A stretch of 63,815 bases of DNA, the filler included, from Corallochytrium limacisporum Hawaii (lineage: Eukaryota; Protista; Pluriformea): assembly GCA_002811645.1 (NCBI GenBank). It is 5 parts of 5 records of this genome, joined end to end, with 100 filler letters (N's around TTAATTAATTAA, not from the genome) between each part and the next. Parts side by side here need not be neighbours in the genome. Positions count along the whole stretch, not along the records: positions 44,456 to 56,296 come from PDIP01000139.1; 4 more parts are not named here. One strand, written 5' to 3'. How positions within the stretch are numbered: the first letter of the stretch is position 1; each line of letters starts with the position of its first letter. Position numbers and translations under genes: made by a program. The notes beneath the pieces are model-generated. The model had not been told where the DNA came from. It did not search any database and saw nothing but the letters and a program-made list of their open reading frames with translations. Shown here in pieces: positions 46,654 to 56,396 of this stretch.

Positions 46654-48654
46654 GTTTCTTAATTTTTTGGCTTTTTTTTGTGGTGAGCTGCTCCTGTCCT
46701 TGATCCACAGCAGTCTCAGGTCTATTCCGGTGTTCCAAATACCCGACTGGTTCCACGATCGAAACTTCTGTGGGCGAAGTTTTCGACTTTATTGCGAATG
46801 GTAATTAAGATTCAGAACACAGGCTACGTTTCATGAATTGGACGTTCGAATCTGTGCCAGCAGGCATTACCAGGCATACGGCATGACACCCAACCTCTCC
46901 CGTGCACAGCATCCCCTTCCCCGCCCGCGTTAGGGGAATGTGGGGGCCAGTCCGATCCCTTTCGAATTATAAGAATATTAGGTGCCCCTTTGATATCTAC
47001 ACAATTTGCTGCGCACTCTCTCTCGTGGGGTGCTGCACCCCGAACTGTGACATTCGCCACTCAATGGCCACGATTCATGAGAATTTGTGCTTTGAGGGTT
47101 CCAAGCACAGTGACACCTGCGATGGCAGAGTGAGGAATTGGGTCGTCTTGTGTGGCAGGGGGCAATCGACCCAGGGGTGGCTGGCGTGTGCCAGTGTAGG
47201 ATCACACCTAGAAACCCAGGTCAGATCATTGGGTTTGCGCCCAAGTAATCATGGGAACACCAAGCTAGCACCTTCTACACAGGGATACTACAATGAGTTT
47301 GGTTGTTTCTTGCCCAGAACCACCCACGTACGCTGTCAAACAGTGATTCGGGAGTACGCACACCCCAGTAGTGGAGTATTCAAAGCAACCGAAAAGTAGT
47401 AGCGGTACTCATACCTGAGGCTTTGCAAATGCCTACTTTGCCGCAGTTCAGGCCGAAAGGGTTGTTAGATTGGCAAGTGGGCGCTCTCCATGGAATTCAT
47501 TCTCCAATAATAAAACTATGGGGATCCCTTTTGCTCTGACCAATGGACCGCGGTCATGCTCTGGCACGCCGGTGTGAATTCCAGCACCAGGGTCTCTGGA
47601 AAATGACACCTACACAGATTCTCCCCCGCAAAATATCTCTCCCATAACAATGTTCGAAACGACACCATTCCCTATATTGTCACCGCGTAAATCAATGCGA
47701 GGGCGCGCAAAAGCATCATGGAAGGAAGGACGAAAGCAAGCTTGAGGTTTTCTATGTGTGTGGAAAAATCACCCAGTCCACACGTTAAGGCATCCAGGAG
47801 ATGATATGCGGACGGAACACTGAAAACGTCACTCCTACACGTTGGTTGGCCAGGAGCATTTTGTGTAAATGTACGCAAAGCATTGGAGTGTACCATATAA
47901 TCAATATTGTGTTGGTTGTGCTTTGTCATACCAGTCTCGGAGTACCATTGTTACGTGTCTCTTGCAATCAAAAAAGGGAAGAAACAGCCAAACACTACCC
48001 AACTAATGGCCAGGATCCATGATGAGTGTCAGGAGACGTGAAAAGCGCGTCAGGAAAGGGGGGGGTTTTGGGCCTCCCCAAGGAGAGTAGTTGGAGCCTG
48101 TAGTGAGCTAGAGGGAACAAAGCATTTAGACTTTATCCGCAGTGCGTCAAAATCCATTTTCTTCGGTGACGTAGAGGACGAAAATCCTAGAAATACAAGT
48201 GTTGCTTTCTCCTGCCTCTGGTGGCGGACCCCGGTTGAATTCCTTTTGCCCGTGGCCAGGTTGACGCACTCTGCAGTAGTTTCGGAGTATACCGTCCTCA
48301 GTACATGAGTAATGTGAATACCAACCTCGTTTCAATAAAAGATATCGCAATTTTGCTCAACATAGTGTTTAAATCAACATGATTCGCCATCGCGATCGCC
48401 TCTTCTTGTATGTAAAACCCAGCAAACTTGTACTGAACATTCGTTATGTAATTGAATATATAATGGATATGAGGGACTCATATAATTGTCCAGCAAGGAG
48501 GGTAATCATGCGGACTTTGGATATACTACTTACATGTCCCCAATGGTCCATCCCGACTTCCAATTCCGCTCCCAAGCGGCTGCTGTCAGAAACACAACGC
48601 TCACAATCCATAGGAATCATGAAGCCGGCGCTGTATAGTCAAATCGATTGAAAT

Positions 48655-49003
48655 CAGAGGGGTGCTCCAACAGCTGTCAGACAAATTTCAACCGGTTTCC
48701 TCGCCTATTCCTGCGGCTATGGAAGGGGGCTGTAAGAACGACCAGCAGCGAATACCGATCGCAGTGAAACGCAAGAAGGGTTCAGGCAGGCCAAAGAAAG
48801 GGTCTCAACGTGCTCGTAGAAAAGACTTTGCAAGACGTCTTCACGTTGTCATTCTATTGAACACACTTGATTTTCGTAAACTGCTGTCGCTTGTATATAT
48901 CTTTGGCAACTGTCTAATGTTGCGGGACTATTGGGGTCGACCCGGGAGCTATTACTGTACTATCGAGTCGTACGTGACAAAAAATCAACACCCTTCAACC
49001 TGA
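48655..49003 (+). mobile_element. Decayed Tc1/mariner transposase N-terminal (bipartite HTH) relic
   Basis: Across frameshifts: GVLQQLSDKF / LRLWKGA (HTH1), VKRKKGSGRPKK (GRPR-like linker), FRK / TAVAC / ISLATV (HTH2). No DDE region or TIRs were recognised. Confidence 0.45.
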
Positions 49004-49817
49004 ATCTCGGCCACCTGAACTCCGCACTGATTCGACGCAAAAATTACGACACGACGCACTCCGAGAACCCCCTTGGCTTGCGCTGCGGAGAGTTTGATGC
49101 TAAGTTTGTACGAGAATTTGCCGTTTTTGGACTTTTTCTCGAGACTTTCCTTTCTGTGCTTTCGTTAGAACTCCAATACTGCAACCATGGGACTACGAAG
49201 CTCGTGAACCAATTGTCGAGACAGAGCTGGCGTGAACTGGCGGCAAACACGACACACCACTAGGACTGGCATTTGTACTGAAGATTTTCAGCATTTGTCA
49301 CAGTATTCTTCAAGTTATCGTTTTGACCGCATGTGGCGATAAGTAATACCCCTCTTAATAGATCAATTCCGTTTCTAGAGTCGGAAGCAGGACACAGGCG
49401 GGCCTAGGCATTTACTCTGCTGACTTACCCTGTTGCTACGCGTATGCATCAGAGGCCAATTGGTCGGACTTCATGCGTCACCGCTCATTGCAAAACTGTT
49501 CAGTTCGCAAATTGTTTCTCCGGAAGGCAAGCAGAATTCCTAAAATACCTTTAAGGCGGTTTCTGTTGGGGGTTGCAATTCGGTGGGGAATGCCTTTCGG
49601 GGGTCGTTTCGCAATTCGCTTTTGCGTGTAACTTCGAGTAAGATTCACCGCATCGTCTTCCTCCAGTGTGGTGCTGTTGCTGACTTAAACAATCTTCCTG
49701 TGAACAGAAAGATGGTATTTGAGGGGAATAAAGATTGTGCTCACTGAAGAAAAGGAACCATATCGATCACCCAACTAATTCTGAGTTAAAGAAGAACGAA
49801 GTGTTACAGATCTCATC

Positions 49818-51317
49818 ATGAAGAGTAGAGCACTAGCTACCATATTTGCAGGCGCTACAGGAGCGATCATGGTCAATGCCGCTCCTACTGAGACCAGCTG
49901 GGCTGTTGGTGCTGTCAATGCGACCAATCATGACCTCTCCGCCGGTGGTCGTATCGTCAACAGCGCGAATATTTACGCCAGGAATGATTATGACTGGCCG
50001 GTGAACGGTACCACCTCCATGGCGATCAATGTCACACAGTCAGAATGCAACCTTAAAAACGAAACCATCACCATCAATTTCGACGAGGAGCAAGGTCATG
50101 TCACTTTCATGGTTGACTACATTTACCAAGGAGATGTTTGTAAGATTGTGTTTGTGTCAGCAGAGTCACACGGAGGACCACGGGGCTTCGGCCTCCCGGA
50201 CGATATTGTTCTGGCCATGAGCAAAACCTATTATTCGCAGTCGGTCAATCAATACCTTACCTACATTGAAACATGCACAAAGGATGAGTACATCAACAAG
50301 CAGTCTTGCGGCAACATAGATTTGACGTCTTTTGTAGCTGGTGGCATAAACATTCCTGACACCATCTTTGGCATTGTTGTCGCCACCAACCATGATTTAA
50401 CAGCGGGAGGCAAGATCTCTAACAGCGTAGATTTCTACGAGATAGACCATTACGCTTGGCCAACGGATGGCTCCCTGTACATGATGATTGCGACCGAAAC
50501 CACCACACAATGCAACAAGCAGAACCAAACCATTGATATTGAATTCGAGGAGGGTAAAGGTGACGTCAGTTTTCTGGTCGACTACGTATACGACGGAACT
50601 GGGAACGGCTTTGGATGCACTACCGTGTTTGTAGATGCTATTGAAAAACGGGGCCCAAAAGGTAAACCGATTGCGCACGATGTCGTCATGGTCATGAGCC
50701 AAGTCGATTTCAACACCTCCCCTCCCGCGACCTATATCCAGACATGCAAAAAAGCCGATTTCAAGCAAGAGCTTGCATGTGGCAACATTGCTGCCAACAA
50801 TTTGGGTGGAGGTATCCACGTGCCTTCTCACATCCCAACCACAGGTCACGTTATGGCCAGCAACAAAGATGCCACAATTTTTGGATGGATTGACTTCAAC
50901 GACGCGTTGTTCTACAATCAGACTGAATATCAATGGCCCTCTCAGGCATCATACGGTGTATTGAGTACCACCATGTCCATTCGTGCTCAGAAAGATCTGT
51001 GTAAGACTTTCAAGGATCAGGAAATTATCGTCAGATTTGCAATGAATGAAGGTAGCGTCACCTTCACCGTAGACTACGACTGGGTTCATGGCGGTTGCGT
51101 GCCAATCTTCAAAAAGGTTACCATCCAGGATGGCCCAAGCGGCTCCGCCATTAACCCTGACGTCGTCATGGTTATGACCCATCCAATGAAGACTGCTGGT
51201 GGTGTACCCATTGTGCACATTTCCGACTGCTCCACTACGGAGTTTACTCAGAATGGCGGATGCCCGAATGCTCCCACCGACAGTGTGGCCGGAGGTCTCA
51301 ACCTTCCACCACTATAA
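49818..51317 (+). CDS. Secreted protein composed of three tandem ~155-aa beta-rich domains of unrecognised family
   Basis: Signal peptide. Each repeat follows G.V.A(T/S)N.D...G.I...Y....Y.WP...C.....I.I.F....G.V.F.VDY...C...F...GP.G.....D.V..M...I..C.......C.N......GG...P. Many N-glycosylation sequons. Confidence 0.9.
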   Translation: MKSRALATIFAGATGAIMVNAAPTETSWAVGAVNATNHDLSAGGRIVNSANIYARNDYDWPVNGTTSMAINVTQSECNLKNETITINFDEEQGHVTFMVDYIYQGDVCKIVFVSAESHGGPRGFGLPDDIVLAMSKTYYSQSVNQYLTYIETCTKDEYINKQSCGNIDLTSFVAGGINIPDTIFGIVVATNHDLTAGGKISNSVDFYEIDHYAWPTDGSLYMMIATETTTQCNKQNQTIDIEFEEGKGDVSFLVDYVYDGTGNGFGCTTVFVDAIEKRGPKGKPIAHDVVMVMSQVDFNTSPPATYIQTCKKADFKQELACGNIAANNLGGGIHVPSHIPTTGHVMASNKDATIFGWIDFNDALFYNQTEYQWPSQASYGVLSTTMSIRAQKDLCKTFKDQEIIVRFAMNEGSVTFTVDYDWVHGGCVPIFKKVTIQDGPSGSAINPDVVMVMTHPMKTAGGVPIVHISDCSTTEFTQNGGCPNAPTDSVAGGLNLPPL

Positions 51318-51657
51318 GCAACAAATTGATACGAATTTGAATACTCGGTGCCAACCTCTGTCACAGAATTCAAGAAATTTGAGACAAATGTAGGCTTCAC
51401 AATAAAGGAGGTCTTTTCTCATTTGTAGATAAAATGGGTCGGCCATGTCCCTGCGTTCAGGGTGCCTCAAAGTATAATCCTATTGTTCATCTTGTATCCG
51501 GCATGTGATTTCGGTATTAGAGACAGTATGGGCAACAATTTGTAATAATCTACTTAGTGCATCGGGGGAGGAACTTACTTGGCTATTCTGACGTCGGCGT
51601 AGTGTAATCACCTTCGCCGTCACTGCGAAGGTAACCATCTTTTGGGCCGCTGCGTTG

Positions 51658-51778
51658 CGATGCCTGGGGATCGCTCACTTACTTGTTCCCAGTCCCTACT
51701 ACACTCGCCCCCCTCCCGTCCGATGCCTGGGGAACGTTAACTTTACGTGTTCCCGGTCCCCCTTACACTCTCCCGTCG
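51658..51778. repeat. Diverged ~63-bp tandem duplication
   Basis: cgatgcctgggga...tgttccc.gtccc...tacactc...ctcccgtc at 51658 and 51721. Confidence 0.75.
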
Positions 51779-51803
51779 GGAGTGTGAAATATTAATACCC
51801 AAA

Positions 51804-52391
51804 GCAAAATACCTAAATCTTAGGTGTCCAGCGTCCGTATTGGGACCACTGATCATTTTCCTTGCAATCGCATGCCAAACTAGGGGAGGGTGTATCAGGT
51901 AGGAGGACGTGGTGCCGGTCTTGTATAGGCGAGAAAACTTGGGTATCCCTTGGGGTGTGGTTATAATGTAGAATTGCTTTAAACTCTGATAGAATCTATA
52001 ACTTACAAACGTGACAAATACTGGACTATGGCCAAATATGACCTATAACGGTACCAAACATACTGGCACATCGGCGGTGTAATTGAGCGAAATACCTAAA
52101 TCTTAGGTGTCCAGAGTTCGCATTTGAACCACTGATCATTTTCCTTGCAATCGCATGCCAAACTAGGGGAGGGTGTATCAGGTAGGAGGAAGTGGTGCCG
52201 GTCTTGTATAGGCGAGAAAGCTTGGGTATCCCTCGGGGTGGTTATAGAGTAGAATTTCTTTAAGCCCCTGATGGAATCTATACCTTACAAACGTGACAAT
52301 ACTGGACTATGGCCAAATATGACCTATGACAGTACCCAAACATACCGGAACATCGGCGGTGTGATTGAGCAAAATACCTAAATCTTAGGTG
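51804..52391. repeat. ~283-bp tandem repeat (2 full units plus the start of a third), each unit bounded by the hairpin ACCTAA-ATC-TTAGGT
   Basis: acctaaatcttaggtg at 51811, 52094 and 52376, with the intervening sequences clearly alignable. Confidence 0.92.
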
Positions 52392-52679
52392 CACCTCGTC
52401 ACGCACCGATTGGTTACGGAAACAAGCCAGGCGCAGAACCATCATCTGAGCTTTCCATCAGTTGTGCAGAGGCGATTGTGTATAGATTTCTATCGACGGC
52501 GCCAGCTCTGAAGGGTGGCCTCCTGTATAGTAAGACCACAGGTGGATCTGTATTCAACCAGGAAGATCACGGCAGGTACTTAAAGATCAATGGCCTTTTG
52601 GCCAAGAGTGATGAACAAAGACGAATACAGATAGTTCGAGTAGATAGCATCTCAAAAAGCAACCGAATTTCTATTCAAC

Positions 52680-53615
52680 ATGACGAACACGTTCCTGTTT
52701 GCCCTCAGTGCACTGGCTGCCTCCACGCTCGCTCTTCCTTCTACCTCCGAGGGATTCCAAATCGAAGAGAGAATCCGCAGAGCCAGTGATGGTGGTGATG
52801 GACCTCCCAACTGCACAATTGAAAATCCTGATCTTGTCCATGGAGGAGGTCTTCCCTGTCTGCTTGCATTTACCCAATATGCGCATGACAGTATGATGAT
52901 CCTTCCACCCAACTTCATGAATACGATGTGCGCGAACAAGGGTGCATTTGCTGATGCTCCACTTTGCTGGTTTTATGACCCTCGCCCGATCATCGTTACG
53001 GTTAGCGTCATTGGCGAAGGTGCAGTCGAAACGTATACGGACGGCAAACTTAGAGCGACTACTGACAGCGACTGCGGGGGCGAAGGTTGCGTGGTCAAAA
53101 CAGAGACAGGAGCCTGGGCAATGACATCAACTTCACTCTTGTTGCTTGAGTACGGCACAACCTTCGTAATCAAGCCTGCACCAGGCTACACCTACAATAT
53201 CGTCGAACACCCATCAATCCAAGAGACCAATGGATTCTCGGGACCCGTCCTGAGGCACACGACTTGGACCAAGGAGAACAAGGACGAACGACTTACCGTG
53301 GAATACGTGCCCATCGAATACTCATGTGGCGACTTCAAGACTGAATTCGGATCTGTCTGTGGCGAGTCTCGCATTTATGATGAAACCAAGGACGCCGTTG
53401 AGTGTGGCTTCATTGACGAATGTTCCGTTCAATATGACAACATGTGCTGCATGGAAATGCCTCTGCCTGCATATACCTGTGCCACCTACAGTTTTGAGTT
53501 CGAATCTACCTGTGGCGAGGGTCGCATCAATGACAGCACCAAGGCTGCCGTTGAGTGTGGCAACAAGAAAGATTGCCGCAAAAACTACGACAATCTGTGC
53601 TGCATGGATGCCTGA
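52680..53615 (+). CDS. Secreted protein with a propeptide, an unknown beta-rich domain and two C-terminal 6-Cys modules
   Basis: Signal peptide MTNTFLFALSALAASTLA and an RIRR processing site. Two repeats of the form Y(S/T)C-x10-C-x14-C-x5-C-x7-CC. Confidence 0.88.
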   Translation: MTNTFLFALSALAASTLALPSTSEGFQIEERIRRASDGGDGPPNCTIENPDLVHGGGLPCLLAFTQYAHDSMMILPPNFMNTMCANKGAFADAPLCWFYDPRPIIVTVSVIGEGAVETYTDGKLRATTDSDCGGEGCVVKTETGAWAMTSTSLLLLEYGTTFVIKPAPGYTYNIVEHPSIQETNGFSGPVLRHTTWTKENKDERLTVEYVPIEYSCGDFKTEFGSVCGESRIYDETKDAVECGFIDECSVQYDNMCCMEMPLPAYTCATYSFEFESTCGEGRINDSTKAAVECGNKKDCRKNYDNLCCMDA

Positions 53616-53826
53616 GTATACCTGTGCTTACTACATGACCGAGTTGGTAATCTTATCTTTGAAAACAACATTGTGAGTCTGCGACTTCAGCACCGACTCA
53701 AGCATCGCTTCACAATATATGATGATAATGATCAAAATTGTTCACTTTACTGCATATGTAATCATCATGATGATCATTTATCACTATTTATGTGACCGTG
53801 ACCATGTTGTCGTCGCGGTTGTGTAC

Positions 53827-55179
53827 CTATGCCTCTATCTGATTCTCCCAGTACTCCCGTGTTTTTTTAAGCTGTTCCACACGCTCGGTCAGAGGCGGGA
53901 AGAGCGCGACACCCATGTCGTACCACGGTGCAGCCAAGTTGTCGATAAAGCCTATGGAAAAACGAGGAATGTCGGGAGAGTCACAATCGCTGAAAGCACT
54001 GCATTGCATTCCCAATGCGACTTCTCGATCACCCTGTCTCAATAGCTCGTCCACAATCCGATCAGTCCAGACCTTTGCGAGGTCAAGTGGGCGAGTCGGA
54101 TTGCTAATGTCGCCCAGCTGCATAATCAGTTGCAAACCAAGCGTGCGATCTTGTGTGCTGCTGGGTTCGAAAGGTGTGCTCAAGGTCTCGTACTGTCTCA
54201 TAGTGTCGGCGTAATATGCCGTGTCGGTGGCCAAAATGATTTCAATGCAGTTTCCACGAAACTGGCGTTTCTCAGCTGGATTCAGGTTTTCCCATATCGA
54301 CGATTCCGGGTTCTCAAGCAGTCCAAAGAGAGCTGCCGTATGGTGATTTTCCAGCGGGCTGCGATCATTCCAACGCAACGCCCAGGGATCCCAGGTCTCG
54401 ATCAGGAAGTTGTTCGTCAAACCAGGATGCCCCGCGTCGTGCAGCATTGCGCTGGTCAACAGGGCAAAGACCTCCAAGGACGTGAACTGCTTGTCAATCA
54501 CATACTCCGTTAGCATCAAGAATACTGCCTGCATAACATCGACAGCGTGATAAAAAGAGTGATACGGATTATCTCGGTAAAGCCACTGAGCCCTGAGCAC
54601 CAGATTGGTGAGTTTCTCGGCATCCACTTTGTAGACGTCCATGAAGTCAAAAGCGTGGAACATAGCATCTGCATACTTATACAGATCTGTCTCCGGGACG
54701 CTGAACACATCAAAGGACCAGTTTTGTAGTTCCTCCAGCAGAGTGGAAATTTCGACCCCGGCAGCACGGCGGAGGGCGGGTACAGATTCAGGCTCGGGAG
54801 AACCTAAGGATTCTTCTCCACTGGACTTGCTGCGCACGACTATGGTACCGTCGAAGAAAATATCATAGCCGTCGGGAGCGCGATGCTTGAAACCGCCATC
54901 CAGGTCATCACAGTTAAAGAGAATGTACTGCTCACCGGTCTTTAGATCAACAGCTTGGACAAAGCAGCCCTCATTTTTGTTCATAGAATCACCCATGACA
55001 GAAGGAGGGTCCGCGTCGATAATCGTCAGCTGACTTGTGCTGCCGTCCTCCATGTATAAAGGTAACCGCTCACCAATCTCGAATTGATTCATTTGGCGGT
55101 AAGAAGGTGGTAAAGCAAGACCAGCGTCTGACAGGAGGGTGACTGCGCATGCCACAGCCGCAACATAGTTGAAGATCAT
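53827..55179 (-). CDS. Class I (PDEase_I, HD-type) cyclic-nucleotide phosphodiesterase with an N-terminal signal peptide
   Basis: NWSFDVF, YRDNPYHSFYHAVDV.Q, HDAGHPGLTNNF, LENHH, ILATD, DISNP, QGDRE and GFID. Signal peptide is MIFNYVAAVACAVTLLSDAGLA. Confidence 0.92.
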   Translation of the reverse strand: MIFNYVAAVACAVTLLSDAGLALPPSYRQMNQFEIGERLPLYMEDGSTSQLTIIDADPPSVMGDSMNKNEGCFVQAVDLKTGEQYILFNCDDLDGGFKHRAPDGYDIFFDGTIVVRSKSSGEESLGSPEPESVPALRRAAGVEISTLLEELQNWSFDVFSVPETDLYKYADAMFHAFDFMDVYKVDAEKLTNLVLRAQWLYRDNPYHSFYHAVDVMQAVFLMLTEYVIDKQFTSLEVFALLTSAMLHDAGHPGLTNNFLIETWDPWALRWNDRSPLENHHTAALFGLLENPESSIWENLNPAEKRQFRGNCIEIILATDTAYYADTMRQYETLSTPFEPSSTQDRTLGLQLIMQLGDISNPTRPLDLAKVWTDRIVDELLRQGDREVALGMQCSAFSDCDSPDIPRFSIGFIDNLAAPWYDMGVALFPPLTERVEQLKKTREYWENQIEA

Positions 55180-55789
55180 GGCACCAAGGTTCGTTGACCG
55201 TCTTCACCTAAGTCATGCACTAAAACTATGAAATTACTATTACATAGGAATTTTCGAGTCTAATTTTGGGTCAGTCACAAAATACATTTGTGGGTCAAAC
55301 ATTAACATCTAAGATCTTTCTAACTAGACCAATAAGTACCTATTCAGCCCGTTATGCTATGTGTGCTATTCAATAATGAGTGCCTATTTATGAACAAGGT
55401 ATCCAAGACCAGACCAAGCATCTCTACATACTTCCTGAACCCGAGTATTACGGTGATTTGTATTGCTCATGATTGGTTAATATGATGATTGGTGTATAGA
55501 GAGAGGTTGCTGAAGCCGTGCCCAAGGCAGTCGATCGAGGAAGGGACAAAGACTATTGCTATGGTTATTTTATGGTTATCATTTTCATCAGCAAAAAGAT
55601 TCAAACCTTGCGCCAGCATTAGTGCTTGCGCCAACTGCGGTGGACTCCCCTGTAACTCTTCCTTTTCTCTCTCTCTCTCTTACCCTCCAAGAAATCTAAC
55701 AATCATCACCGCGACCGGGGCGCATCACCATTCACTTTCCATTTAGGGATCATTCATGATATGATTCGGTGCATTGCTATACTTTCCAT

Positions 55790-56265
55790 CATACTAAGGC
55801 TTTCACGACTTGTTTTCCATATATCAAAGGAGCCAATCACTGGTGGCTCTAGACCTGAACCAAGCCCTAATAGTCATGCGACTCCATCGGACCCGGCCAG
55901 CCTATCAGAATGTGGCAGTCCATCAGGTCCATGAGCCCCATCAGCCCCCGACGACCCTGCAGATTCTTCACATCCTTTGGCTCCCGTAACGACGGCAAAC
56001 CATTCAACCCGTATCGAACCTGATCACTATGGTGAAAATGAAAATTAACGCAGCTCCCGTATCTGCTGACGAAGGAGGTGGCCAAAATGACTCGCATCCG
56101 ACAGGCTTCTTAGCATTGTGGGAGCCGTTGTCGTTGGTGTCACCTCACAGATAACATACCAGTCTCATCGACCAACACTTCCACGGCGACCAACTCGGGG
56201 GATCACGATAGTCCGGAAGGCCATAGGATCGGGCCAAGTGACACGAATGACTTCAAAGTGCAACG
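55790..56265 (-). mobile_element. Highly decayed Ty3/gypsy reverse-transcriptase/connection-domain relic cut by the telomere
   Basis: Ordered broken-frame fragments VEVLVDE (cf. VxVYVDD), VNFHFH (cf. VxFLGH), EPKDVKNLQGRRGLMG (cf. P..VK.LQ.FLGL.G) and EPPVIGSFDIWK (cf. .PVL..FD..K). Confidence 0.5.
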
Positions 56266-56296
56266 TTAGGGTTAGGGTTAGGGTTAGGGTTAGGGT
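56266..56296 (+). repeat. Telomeric repeat (TTAGGG)5 at the scaffold end
   Basis: Five perfect TTAGGG units run into the scaffold end, with the G-strand oriented 5'->3' toward the end as expected for a chromosome terminus. Confidence 0.9.
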
Positions 56297-56396
56297 NNNN
56301 NNNNNNNNNNNNNNNNNNNNNNNNNNNNNNNNNNNNNNNNTTAATTAATTAANNNNNNNNNNNNNNNNNNNNNNNNNNNNNNNNNNNNNNNNNNNN
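56297..56396. other. Artificial scaffold-joining linker
   Basis: N44-TTAATTAATTAA-N44. Confidence 0.95.

Noticed and set aside
46820-46860. GTTCGAATC resembling a tRNA T-loop
   Set aside because: No T-stem, acceptor stem or D-arm could be formed. No tRNA or rRNA gene was found in the window.
51804-52391. CRISPR-like appearance of three palindromic 20-mers
   Set aside because: The intervening sequences are ~263 bp and homologous to each other, there are no cas genes, and the context is eukaryotic.
52592-52607. GGCCTTTTGGC.AAGA resembling the U2 snRNA 5' stem
   Set aside because: The branch-point recognition sequence GTGTAGTA and the rest of U2 are absent.
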